The position numbers were made by a program, and so were the translations under genes. The notes below the pieces were generated by a model. It was not told the origin of the DNA, made no database searches, and was given only the letters and a program-made list of their open reading frames with translations. Shown piece after piece: positions 8,333 through 15,662 of a stretch of 24,000 nucleotides of DNA (positions are counted from its first letter, which is position 1; every line of letters starts with the position of its first letter). The DNA comes from Patescibacteria group bacterium (GTDB lineage Bacteria; Patescibacteriota; Minisyncoccia; Phycocordibacterales; DATDSR01): NCBI GenBank assembly GCA_038062165.1, contig JBBTXQ010000052.1, positions 11,748 through 35,747 of the forward strand, written 5' to 3'.

Positions 8333-8914
8333 TCAATCGCGTATTTTTTTAATTCCCAGCCAAATCAATGCTATGAAGCCAATAAGCAAAACTCCAAAAC
8401 GTAATTTATCGTCCATGTTTGACCAATATCTAATAGCGCCCACAATCATCGAGATCACGCCCCCCAAGGATAAACCAAGTGAGACTGCTTCGGTGGCTAT
8501 GAACTTGAAACTAGCAATAATTGCAATTATGCCGAGTACAACTAAAACAATGAATGCATTGCGATTGTATATCTTGGTTGCGCTCTCATATTCGCGCTGG
8601 CAAGTATAATTAACATCGCAGTAACCCTTTGTCTGATCCACTCCGACTCTAATTTCCGGTGAATATGCTGGAATAGTTTTGTCGTAATTTGGATTTGTAT
8701 TCCAAGCACCTCCCGCACTCACACACTCTTCCTGTGTCTCTGGAATCTTGTTCACTTGTTCGATTTTGCAAAAATCATCCCACATTGGCGTAGGTTTATA
8801 AAAGGTGCGTAGGCCGTAGTTAAATAGCAAGTTCATAACAATCACAATACCTAGAGCCAATATCCACTTCAAAAACCAGCTCTTCTGTATCGGTTTAGCA
8901 ATATTTTGTTCCAT
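8333..8914 (-). CDS. hypothetical integral membrane protein with a Cys-containing extracytoplasmic loop
   Basis: 193 aa with hydrophobic segments at the N-terminus and in the C-terminal third. No family recognised. Confidence 0.65.
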   Translation of the reverse strand: MEQNIAKPIQKSWFLKWILALGIVIVMNLLFNYGLRTFYKPTPMWDDFCKIEQVNKIPETQEECVSAGGAWNTNPNYDKTIPAYSPEIRVGVDQTKGYCDVNYTCQREYESATKIYNRNAFIVLVVLGIIAIIASFKFIATEAVSLGLSLGGVISMIVGAIRYWSNMDDKLRFGVLLIGFIALIWLGIKKIRD

Positions 8915-8986
8915 ATTTTAAAGAATTAAAACTTTCTAACATAGAATGATTTTACCACACTTCTACAAAAAGAAAACGTGGGTATT

Positions 8987-9889
8987 TCAAATCCTGAATT
9001 CGATTACGTCTCCGTCTTTGACTATGTATTCTTTGCCTTCGGTACGCACTAGGCCCAATTCTCGCGCTTTGGCATAACTACCGCTTTTCATTAAATCATC
9101 ATACGCCACTACTTCTGCGCGAATGAATTTGTCGCGAAAATCTGTGTGGATGGCCGCGCCCGCTTCGGGCGCAGTACTGCCCGCTGGGATAGTCCATGCT
9201 CGCGTCTCATCCTCACCAGTAGTAAAGTAGCTAATTAAGCCTAGCAATTCGTAACTTGCTTTTATCAGCTTATCCAGATCCTCGCCAGAAGTGGCATCAA
9301 CATGGACAGAAACCTGATTTCCATTTTTACTTAGGATCCCGGATCCCGAGTTAGGTAGTACGTTATCTCCGACATGAGTGACATTTAATACATACAGAAC
9401 AGGTTTAGTGGCGAGCAAGTTCAGCTTCTCTTCTTCTTTACCCTTCTCCTTCATTTTAGCTTTGTGTTTTTCGACTACATCAAGATCAGCGAGCTCCAAC
9501 TCTGTCTTGATCACACCAATATCACTTTCGGGATCAAGTTTATTATCTACATGAATAATAGTAGAGTCGTCGAAGCAACGCACGACGTGAGCAATAGCAT
9601 CTACCTCGCGAATGTGTGACAAGAATTGATTGCCCAGGCCTTCGCCCTTGCTCGCGCCCCTCACAAGTCCGGCGATATCTACGAACTCGATCGCCGCCGG
9701 AACAATTTTGCGGGATGAACTAAACTCTGCGAGTTTAGCAACCCGCGTATCTGGAACTGCCACGACCCCAACAGATGGATCAATCGTGCAAAAAGGATAA
9801 TTCTCCATGGGCACCCCCTTCTTGGTAAGCGCGTTGAAAAGCGTCGACTTTCCCACATTCGGCAGACCCACAATTCCTATCTTAAGCAT
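8987..9889 (-). CDS. ychF: ribosome-binding ATPase YchF (short form)
   Basis: The start is moved to the ATG at 9889 ([22 protein letters not shown], the G1 motif). It has DIAGLV and a C-terminal TGS-like segment ([37 protein letters not shown]). The upstream part of the track ORF is not protein-like. Confidence 0.85.
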   Translation of the reverse strand: MLKIGIVGLPNVGKSTLFNALTKKGVPMENYPFCTIDPSVGVVAVPDTRVAKLAEFSSSRKIVPAAIEFVDIAGLVRGASKGEGLGNQFLSHIREVDAIAHVVRCFDDSTIIHVDNKLDPESDIGVIKTELELADLDVVEKHKAKMKEKGKEEEKLNLLATKPVLYVLNVTHVGDNVLPNSGSGILSKNGNQVSVHVDATSGEDLDKLIKASYELLGLISYFTTGEDETRAWTIPAGSTAPEAGAAIHTDFRDKFIRAEVVAYDDLMKSGSYAKARELGLVRTEGKEYIVKDGDVIEFRI

Positions 9890-9892
9890 AGG

Positions 9893-9920
9893 TTGACAAT
9901 TTAACACATGAGAGTAGTTT
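9893..9920 (+). promoter_or_regulatory. sigma-70-like promoter for the small plus-strand gene
   Basis: TTGACA (9893-9898), a 16-nt spacer, then TAGTTT (9915-9920). SD GGGAGG at 9928-9933 lies 8 nt before the ATG at 9942. Confidence 0.45.
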
Positions 9921-9941
9921 TGCGAATGGGAGGAACACAAA

Positions 9942-10202
9942 ATGGCATGGCTACTGAAAAGTGACAAAAAACACATGCACAAGCATGCAGAGATGAATGA
10001 GGAGAAGAATGGCTGGCAGTGCAAGAAGACCAAAAAGCCGATCAACACAGTGCGCACGGGCCGGAGCATCCACGTGGCCGGCTTCTCGGGCGGATTCGGT
10101 GAGGTACGGCAGGTTGACCACCTTTGGTGCACCGGCTGCGACACACAGCCCGAGATCCGCTACGGCGAGCCGATCCAGGAGAACGAGCTCGTCGAGATCT
10201 AA
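9942..10202 (+). CDS. small orphan protein (86 aa), Lys-rich N-terminus, three Cys (C..CxxC)
   Basis: Supported by a promoter, an SD and a strong intrinsic terminator. Amino-acid composition is balanced, unlike the overlapping frames. It is visibly GC-richer than its flanks. Confidence 0.55.
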   Translation: MAWLLKSDKKHMHKHAEMNEEKNGWQCKKTKKPINTVRTGRSIHVAGFSGGFGEVRQVDHLWCTGCDTQPEIRYGEPIQENELVEI

Positions 10203-10213
10203 CTCGAGCATTA

Positions 10214-10241
10214 CCGGAAGGACGGTCCTTCCGGTTTTTTT
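10214..10241 (+). terminator. intrinsic terminator, probably bidirectional with murA
   Basis: CCGGAAGG-ACGGT-CCTTCCGG followed by T7. The murA stop (10240-10242) abuts the T-run. Confidence 0.7.
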
Positions 10242-11559
10242 ATAACTTTTTTATGTCGGCTCCGAGTTTGGTTAGTTTGCCTACGATGTCTTCGTAGCCA
10301 CGAGCTATGTGATCTTTAGGATCTCTGATCACACTCTCACCTTTTGCAAATAACGCGGCAAGTAGCACATCAATGCCGGCTCTCACGTCATGAGAATTCA
10401 ATTCTGCGGGTTTAAGTTCTGTGGGGCCAAATATGCGAGCGGCATGCGGTTCAGTACTTTCGAATTCACTTTGATTGAAATTATACCCGGAAGGATCATC
10501 GTCTTCTGGCCGGTAGAGCTCGTAGTGCACGCCCATCTTACCTAGTTCACGAAGGCAACTCCAACGCTTCTCGAAGATGCGCTCGTGTATTGTGGACACA
10601 CCCTCACCCACCACTGCCGCAAGCAAAGCCATAAGTGGTTGCCAGTCAGTCATAAATCCAGGATGCACATCAGTCACAATATCCACTTTTTTATTTTTTT
10701 TGAATTCATTTAATTTTTCTGTAAAAGCTGTCAAGAATTGTGGCTCGATATTCCTAACCTCGATCGTATCACCGGCAAGTTCATTCAAGACAAGCGCCGT
10801 AGCCGCTTCAAGTCTGTCATACATCGACTTAGTCGCCTTGCCACTAAGTAACTTTTTCACTCCAGTAATCCTAATGTGCCTATCATCCTCACGTGCAATT
10901 TTTGCGCCCATAGAATTAAGTGTGTCGATCAAGTTATCTACTTCTGGCTCAAGCGCGCAGTTCTCAAGCAGCACTTCGCTCGGATTAAAAACTGCGGCTA
11001 GTATCAAGCTCTCTGTTCCCGTATGTGTATTCTTCTCAAACCTGTACCGACTCTGTCCCGAAGACCAGGTCTTCGCGAAGACCTGGTCTTCGTGGGAGTC
11101 TTCGTGCGTGCGTGCAAGAGTTATGTCTGTGTAGACTCCGTCTTGTTTGATCTCGCCACCAAGTGCCTCAATACCGGCAAGTAATCTATCAATTGGCCGT
11201 TTACCAATCACGTCACCGCCCAAGAGTGGCATTCTTACCCTGCCCATGCGAGCAAGCATCGCGCCAATGAAGAGCACAGACTGCCGCGCACTCATTGCGC
11301 TCTCGGGTATCTCAATTTGTTTAATGTCCAGACATGTAATTCTCCATGAATGCGCGTCTAATTGCTCTACTTCGCCACCAAGAATCTCGATAGCCTCAGC
11401 AATCTTGCGAGTATCTGGAGAGTCAGGAATATTCTTGAAAGAGCAAGACTGATCGGTAAGGAGTGCGCTAATTAGCAATTTAGGTCCAGCATTTTTAGCC
11501 CCAGAAACTTCATAAACCCCGCTTAACTTTTTTCCACCATTGACTAGATATGTTGACAT
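10240..11559 (-). CDS. murA: UDP-N-acetylglucosamine 1-carboxyvinyltransferase
   Basis: 439 aa with GAKNAGPKLL, LGGDVIGKRPIDR, HPGFMTDWQP and RGYEDIVGKL. Confidence 0.93.
   Translation of the reverse strand: MSTYLVNGGKKLSGVYEVSGAKNAGPKLLISALLTDQSCSFKNIPDSPDTRKIAEAIEILGGEVEQLDAHSWRITCLDIKQIEIPESAMSARQSVLFIGAMLARMGRVRMPLLGGDVIGKRPIDRLLAGIEALGGEIKQDGVYTDITLARTHEDSHEDQVFAKTWSSGQSRYRFEKNTHTGTESLILAAVFNPSEVLLENCALEPEVDNLIDTLNSMGAKIAREDDRHIRITGVKKLLSGKATKSMYDRLEAATALVLNELAGDTIEVRNIEPQFLTAFTEKLNEFKKNKKVDIVTDVHPGFMTDWQPLMALLAAVVGEGVSTIHERIFEKRWSCLRELGKMGVHYELYRPEDDDPSGYNFNQSEFESTEPHAARIFGPTELKPAELNSHDVRAGIDVLLAALFAKGESVIRDPKDHIARGYEDIVGKLTKLGADIKKL
11059..11092. repeat. 34-nt perfect palindrome made of two 17-nt palindromes, inside murA
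   Basis: CGAAGACCAGGTCTTCG followed by CGAAGACCTGGTCTTCG, translated as EDQVFAKTWSS. Confidence 0.85.
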
Positions 11560-11564
11560 CCATT

Positions 11565-12311
11565 TTATTTAGTGGACCGTACCGGACTTGAACCGGTGAC
11601 CTCTCGCATGCCATGCGAACGCTCTACCAGCTGAGCTAACGGCCCTTTCAAAATTGATATTGGTATTGCTTCTAGTTCCTGTTGTACAAGTGTGCCTCCA
11701 GAGGACACAACGCATACACCCTTATAATCCACGTTCTTCGTAATTTTACCGATTGTTCTATGATCGGGCTTGCTATCATAGAATCTATTAATCTTAATAC
11801 CTGTTATTTGTGACCAGTATTGCTTGAGAGAGCCAATATCCTGATCAGCACGGTAGCAAATGTAACATCCCAATTTAGTCTTGTCTATTCCGTAGCATAT
11901 CTTTAATAACGATATATACAACAGAATTATATTAGGATCTGAGCTACCGAGTTGTAATCCTCTGTGTGATTTCCATTTAGCACCCTCTCCAAGGTATAAA
12001 AACGCAAGAGCAAGCTTCATAAGCAATGGGGTCCAATTAATATTTTCGATCCAACCCTGAATAGTGCGATCTACGGCTCTTCTAATATTAGCTCTATTTT
12101 CATTATTCATCGCTATTGCTCTATCTCGGGCAATAACTAGAAATTTATCCTGCCTGCTCTTTAGTCGGCTAATTGCTCTTCGATTTAATTTTGTGCCACT
12201 AAGCCATCCGGAAAGCGTACTTTTTGAAACCTTCAACTTAATACTTATTTCTCCATAAGTCATTCCACTTTTGCGAAGCTTAACAGCTGTTAATTTTGTA
12301 CGAGTTTTCAT
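11565..12311 (-). CDS. HTH plus single-motif LAGLIDADG-like protein (putative homing endonuclease); the ORF runs through tRNA-Ala
   Basis: The N-terminal LRKSGMTYGEISIKLKVSKSTLSGWL is an HTH. LALAFLYLGEGAKW resembles a LAGLIDADG helix with an acidic residue. The last ~27 codons are the tRNA gene itself, and there is no stop before it. Confidence 0.5.
   Translation of the reverse strand: MKTRTKLTAVKLRKSGMTYGEISIKLKVSKSTLSGWLSGTKLNRRAISRLKSRQDKFLVIARDRAIAMNNENRANIRRAVDRTIQGWIENINWTPLLMKLALAFLYLGEGAKWKSHRGLQLGSSDPNIILLYISLLKICYGIDKTKLGCYICYRADQDIGSLKQYWSQITGIKINRFYDSKPDHRTIGKITKNVDYKGVCVVSSGGTLVQQELEAIPISILKGPLAQLVERSHGMREVTGSSPVRSTK
11573..11645 (-). tRNA. tRNA-Ala (anticodon GGC)
   Basis: Manual cloverleaf: GGGCCGT acceptor with G3:U70, D arm GCTC/GAGC, anticodon loop ATGGCAT, T loop TTCAAGT. 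No encoded CCA. Confidence 0.9.
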
Positions 12312-12402
12312 GCATTAATCGTACTTCAGACGTTAACAATGTGAAAGGAAGTTATCAACAATTATTCATACCAAAATACTGAGTCGACTGCTATAAAAGA
12401 TA

Positions 12403-12431
12403 GCACCCCATCGCGCGTTGCGACAGGGTGC
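12403..12431 (-). terminator. hairpin downstream of the GC-rich small ORF
   Basis: On the minus strand, GCACCC-TG-TCGC-AACGC-GCGA-TG-GGGTGC followed by TATCTTTTAT. The U-tract is weak. Confidence 0.4.
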
Positions 12432-12451
12432 TCGAATCTCGCCTTCGGGCG

Positions 12452-12823
12452 TCACTTGCAAGGCGGTTCTGGCCGCACTGGGCTAAGCAGCCGCCACGGC
12501 GGGCACTGTGCGCACTCAACCGACCCGTCCCTGAACACTCGGCACTTGATCGGAGTCGGCCGATTGAGGCAAGTGGCGATGACAAGTGTGTCACTCGTTC
12601 GCACTACGTCAGGCAGAGTCCCGCAGTTGAGCCCAGCGCTCATGCCTTCGCGATCCTCCGTGGCCCGCAGGAGTCCTCGTGCTATCTTGCACTCGCCCTC
12701 GAAGATTACGGCCTTCTCGGGCGCCATGGCCTTGATCGCCCTGGGCACCGAGGGAATCACAAGAAACACGGCACTAGGACCCAACAGAGCCAGCGCGACC
12801 CTGAACTGATTGCTCGTACGCAT
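12452..12823 (-). CDS. small GC-rich orphan protein (123 aa) with a signal-peptide-like N-terminus and 7 Cys
   Basis: SD AGGAGG (12831-12836) lies 7 nt before the ATG. The N-terminus MRTSNQFRVALALLGPSAVFLVIPSVPRAIKA is signal-like. Only this frame among the overlapping ORFs has balanced composition. Confidence 0.45.
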   Translation of the reverse strand: MRTSNQFRVALALLGPSAVFLVIPSVPRAIKAMAPEKAVIFEGECKIARGLLRATEDREGMSAGLNCGTLPDVVRTSDTLVIATCLNRPTPIKCRVFRDGSVECAQCPPWRLLSPVRPEPPCK

Positions 12824-12889
12824 TGTGAGACCTCCTTCAGATATAATATGAACTACAATATCAAACTTGTCCAGTCAAGACGGCCTTAG

Positions 12890-13942
12890 TTATGCACCAA
12901 ATCTGCGTTGGCGATTGCCATAATCTGCTATCGCAAGGGCGAACTGATCAGGAGTGAAATCGGGGAAGTGTAGGGGCGTGAAATAGAGTTCTGCGTATGT
13001 ACCCTGCCACGGCATCATGCCGGACAATCTCTGCTCGCCAGATGTTCTGATTATCAAATCCGGATCCGGCAAACCAGCTGTGTCTAACTCTTCGCTAATT
13101 GTTTGTTCGTTTGTAGGTTTGTTCTGTTTGTTAAGTTTCGAGATCGCTCTTGTGATCTCGTCACGCCCCCCATAATCAAGTGCCATCGAAAAAGTTTTGT
13201 CTTTGAACTCTGCTGTGTCTCTCTCAAGTTTGGTGAGGTCAAGAAGTAATCTTGGATCAAGTCTATCCTTCCTGCCAAGATGCCTGAAGGCTGTTTTATT
13301 TTTTATCAATTCTTTGCCGAGTTCACTGACTGCTTGAATGAAGGCCTTCATAAGCCAGCCCACCTCATCATCTGGTCGAGACCAGTTCTCGGTAGAGAAA
13401 CCCCAGAAAGTCATGTGCTTAACACCCATCCCTGACGCCGCCTTGAGTAACTCTTTCGTGCGCTCTATGCCCTCTTTGTGTCCCTGCCAAGATAGGAGTC
13501 CCCTCTCGCGGGCCCAGCGCCTATTGCCGTCAGGGATTATCACTACATGCTTCGGACCGTTTATTGGGGCAACAACAGTTTGTTCAACTTCTTTATCAAC
13601 TCTGTTTAGCACACGTCGGCCAAGATTGGTGAGTGCGTGCACTTGGTCCACGATCAAGCTTCCATCATCACGCGAAATCTGAAAGTTATTAAACTCGCCA
13701 GTAGCCGACAACCAATCGAATGAGAGACCATCCACGTTCGCAAGCAGTGATCCTCGATAACACCAGTCAAGCAGTGCCCGCAAACCAGCTTCCCCATCCT
13801 CTGCCACAATCTCTACGCGGCCGTCAGGCAAATTGCGAGCAAAACCAGTGAGGCCATGTTGATCTGCCACCCGCTTAGCCGAGGCACGATAAAACACACC
13901 CTGCACGCGACCAGAGACAAAAATATGTAATCGTTTATTCAT
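12890..13942 (-). CDS. uppS: acylphosphatase domain fused to undecaprenyl-diphosphate synthase
   Basis: The N-terminal ~90 aa carry VSGRVQGVFYR and GFARNLPDGRVEI (acylphosphatase signatures). The rest carries HVVIIPDGNRRWA, FSTENW, RTSGEQRLS and a C-terminal RRFG (cis-prenyltransferase). Confidence 0.88.
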   Translation of the reverse strand: MNKRLHIFVSGRVQGVFYRASAKRVADQHGLTGFARNLPDGRVEIVAEDGEAGLRALLDWCYRGSLLANVDGLSFDWLSATGEFNNFQISRDDGSLIVDQVHALTNLGRRVLNRVDKEVEQTVVAPINGPKHVVIIPDGNRRWARERGLLSWQGHKEGIERTKELLKAASGMGVKHMTFWGFSTENWSRPDDEVGWLMKAFIQAVSELGKELIKNKTAFRHLGRKDRLDPRLLLDLTKLERDTAEFKDKTFSMALDYGGRDEITRAISKLNKQNKPTNEQTISEELDTAGLPDPDLIIRTSGEQRLSGMMPWQGTYAELYFTPLHFPDFTPDQFALAIADYGNRQRRFGA

Positions 13943-13955
13943 AAATGTTCATAAA

Positions 13956-14029
13956 TGCACCTTCCAGGGATCGAACCTGGGACCTTGCGAATGTGAATCG
14001 CACGCTCTAACCAACTGAGCTAAAGGTGC
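13956..14029 (-). tRNA. tRNA-Val (anticodon CAC)
   Basis: Manual cloverleaf: GCACCTT/AAGGTGC acceptor, D loop AGTTGGTTA, anticodon loop TTCACAT, T loop TTCGATC. Confidence 0.9.
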
Positions 14030-14095
14030 TGGTGCATTCACAATACTATCTGTAACTCGCCGCATTAGCAATTGTGTGCTATAAATTCGTAATAA

Positions 14096-14166
14096 CGGAG
14101 TGTCGTACAGTGGCAGTATACGCCCTTCGGGAGGGCGAGACCCGAGTTCAATTCTCGGCACTCCGA
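14096..14166 (+). tRNA. tRNA-Pro (anticodon CGG)
   Basis: C1:G72 and A73 as in bacterial tRNA-Pro. Anticodon stem CGCCC/GGGCG, loop TTCGGGA, T loop TTCAATT. Short D loop and variable loop (71 nt). Confidence 0.85.
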
Positions 14167-14169
14167 TTT

Positions 14170-14242
14170 GGGCCGGTAGTTCAGTCAGTAGAACACTCGA
14201 TTCGCATTCGAGAGGTCGGCGGTGCAATTCCGCCTCGGTCCA
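14170..14242 (+). tRNA. tRNA-Ala (anticodon CGC) with atypical D and T loops
   Basis: GGGCCGG acceptor with G3:U70 and anticodon loop TTCGCAT. The D loop AGTCAGTA lacks GG, and the T loop is TGCAATT instead of TTC-type. Confidence 0.8.
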
Positions 14243-14336
14243 CATTTTGGAAAATTGTAGGTTATTTGTTGATTTTTCTTTGTTTTTAAGCTAGTGTCAT
14301 TGTAGTAAAGTGTTCATTCCAAACTGGAGGTAAAAC

Positions 14337-14906
14337 ATGAAAATTGGACTTGATTTCGATGGTGTTATTTCCAACTGCGGAAAACTCAAGTCTGATGGTG
14401 CGAAGAAGCTCTACGGAGTTGATATCCCGCCTGCCAAATTCAAGAAGGAAATCGTGGTAGGAGAAAAACATCTCGCGATGGATCAGTATCGCGAGCTTCA
14501 GAAAATTATCTACGGAACGCGAGAAATCGGTTTTCTTATGGAACCGGTAGATGGTGTTCTGCATTTCCTTCCTCGGCTCATTGCTGATGGTCACACTGTT
14601 CTTGTTGTAACCTCTCGTGGTGAAGTGGAGCTCGAAATCGCCAAAGAGTGGTCTCTGCGACAAGGGCTTCAACTCAACTTCATTGGCGTCGGTTACGGAA
14701 ACAGCAAAGCGACCGCCGCGAATGGTCTCGACTTGTACATTGACGACGATCTCGACAAGCTTGAGCCACTTATCGGAGTCGTGCCACATCGCTACTTGTT
14801 CACGTGGGGCTACAATGCCCATATGAATGTCGGTAAGATCGCCAAGCGTGTCGCTTCGTGGGCAGAACTCATTCGCATCATCCAAAGCCTTGGAGGCGTC
14901 CGGTAA
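14337..14906 (+). CDS. HAD-superfamily hydrolase, 5'(3')-nucleotidase-like
   Basis: 189 aa with motif I DFDGV, motif II VVTSR and motif IV YIDDD. SD GGAGG precedes the ATG and a strong terminator follows. Confidence 0.8.
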   Translation: MKIGLDFDGVISNCGKLKSDGAKKLYGVDIPPAKFKKEIVVGEKHLAMDQYRELQKIIYGTREIGFLMEPVDGVLHFLPRLIADGHTVLVVTSRGEVELEIAKEWSLRQGLQLNFIGVGYGNSKATAANGLDLYIDDDLDKLEPLIGVVPHRYLFTWGYNAHMNVGKIAKRVASWAELIRIIQSLGGVR

Positions 14907-14930
14907 AACCGGCCGCCTTTTTTCTTTTTT
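14895..14930 (+). terminator. intrinsic terminator of the HAD gene, convergent with the yjdF-like gene
   Basis: GGCGTCCGG-TAAAA-CCGGCCGCC followed by TTTTTTCTTTTTT. The stop codon lies in the loop. Confidence 0.7.
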
Positions 14931-14941
14931 GATAGCACCTG

Positions 14942-15565
14942 TCAGATTGTCGCCAACTTCTGTAGCTTTTGCATCGAACGATCGTGAGCTTTCAGGAGTA
15001 ATAGAAGCGCCACGATCGAGCCGATGAGGCACATGAGCATGTCGCTCTGTGTGTCCCAAATATAACCTTGTGTGCCGAGGAATGCATCGCCCACCTCCCC
15101 CGAAACAAGCGCGATCCACCACTCGATGAATTCATAAAAAGCAGATAGTCCCAAGGTCACCATGATAGAGATGAAATAATTCCAGCGCCTTGAAACAATG
15201 ATCATTTTGCGCCCGAAGAATTCAACAAGCACGAGTACGGGCGTCACACCTTGCATTAAGTGCCCCAGCTTATCGTAGTTATTGCGCGTCCAGCCTAATA
15301 TTTCCGAAGCCCAGAATCCGATTGGCGTCTCGGCATATGTGTATATGCCCCCGTACATGAGCACGAGCGAATGAAGAAACAACAGAGTGTAAACTAGATT
15401 AGAGAACCTAAACTTGCGATAAGTGAGAACCAGAACAATAGTCCCCAAAACAGCCGGAAAAACCTCCAGAGCCCAAATCCCCCACCCCGCCTGGTTGAGT
15501 AAGCCCGTCACCACAAGCGCCAGAATCTCCAGGGCAAGAATAAGTTTTGGATAACTAATTTTCAT
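14942..15565 (-). CDS. inner-membrane protein, YjdF/DUF2238-like
   Basis: 207 aa and multi-TM. YRKFRFSN, GGIYTYAETP and RNNYDKLGH resemble my recollection of DUF2238. Confidence 0.65.
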   Translation of the reverse strand: MKISYPKLILALEILALVVTGLLNQAGWGIWALEVFPAVLGTIVLVLTYRKFRFSNLVYTLLFLHSLVLMYGGIYTYAETPIGFWASEILGWTRNNYDKLGHLMQGVTPVLVLVEFFGRKMIIVSRRWNYFISIMVTLGLSAFYEFIEWWIALVSGEVGDAFLGTQGYIWDTQSDMLMCLIGSIVALLLLLKAHDRSMQKLQKLATI

Positions 15566-15568
15566 ATA

Positions 15569-15641
15569 TGGACCCGAGCGGTTTCGAACCGCTTACCTCC
15601 GCATTGCAAATGCGGCGCTCTACCAATTGAGCTACGGGCCC
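15569..15641 (-). tRNA. tRNA-Ala (anticodon UGC)
   Basis: GGGCCCG acceptor with G3:U70, D loop AATTGGTA, anticodon loop TTTGCAA, T loop TTCGAAA. Confidence 0.9.
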
Positions 15642-15662
15642 AACGGAAATGTTATAGCACAA

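Noticed and set aside
9890-10144. The 85-codon N-terminal extension of the ychF ORF in the track (start 10144)
   Set aside because: The extension is Cys/Ser/Phe/Leu-rich and not protein-like, and it overlaps the plus-strand mini-gene and its promoter. YchF homologues begin right at the G1 motif ([19 protein letters not shown] at 9889).
12428-12889. Plus-strand ORFs 12428-12889 and 12456-12809, and minus-strand ORF 12391-12594, in the GC-rich island
   Set aside because: Their products are Arg/Ser/Pro/Ala-rich, typical of off-frame reading of GC-rich DNA, and they have no SD. Only the 12452-12823 minus frame has translation signals.
13949-14294. ORFs 13949-14245(-), 14074-14289(+) and 14100-14294(+)
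   Set aside because: They run through three tRNA genes (Val, Pro, Ala) and are artefacts of stop-free tRNA sequence.
14286-15122. The 278-aa minus-strand ORF
   Set aside because: It is antisense to the well-supported HAD hydrolase gene (which has motifs, an SD and a terminator) and overlaps the yjdF-like gene. Its product has no recognisable features.
11573-15641. All three tRNA-Ala isoacceptors (GGC, CGC, UGC) plus alaS in one window, considered as a functional alanine cluster
   Set aside because: In a small genome with few tRNA genes this can be coincidence. The genes are dispersed, lie on different strands and are not co-transcribed.
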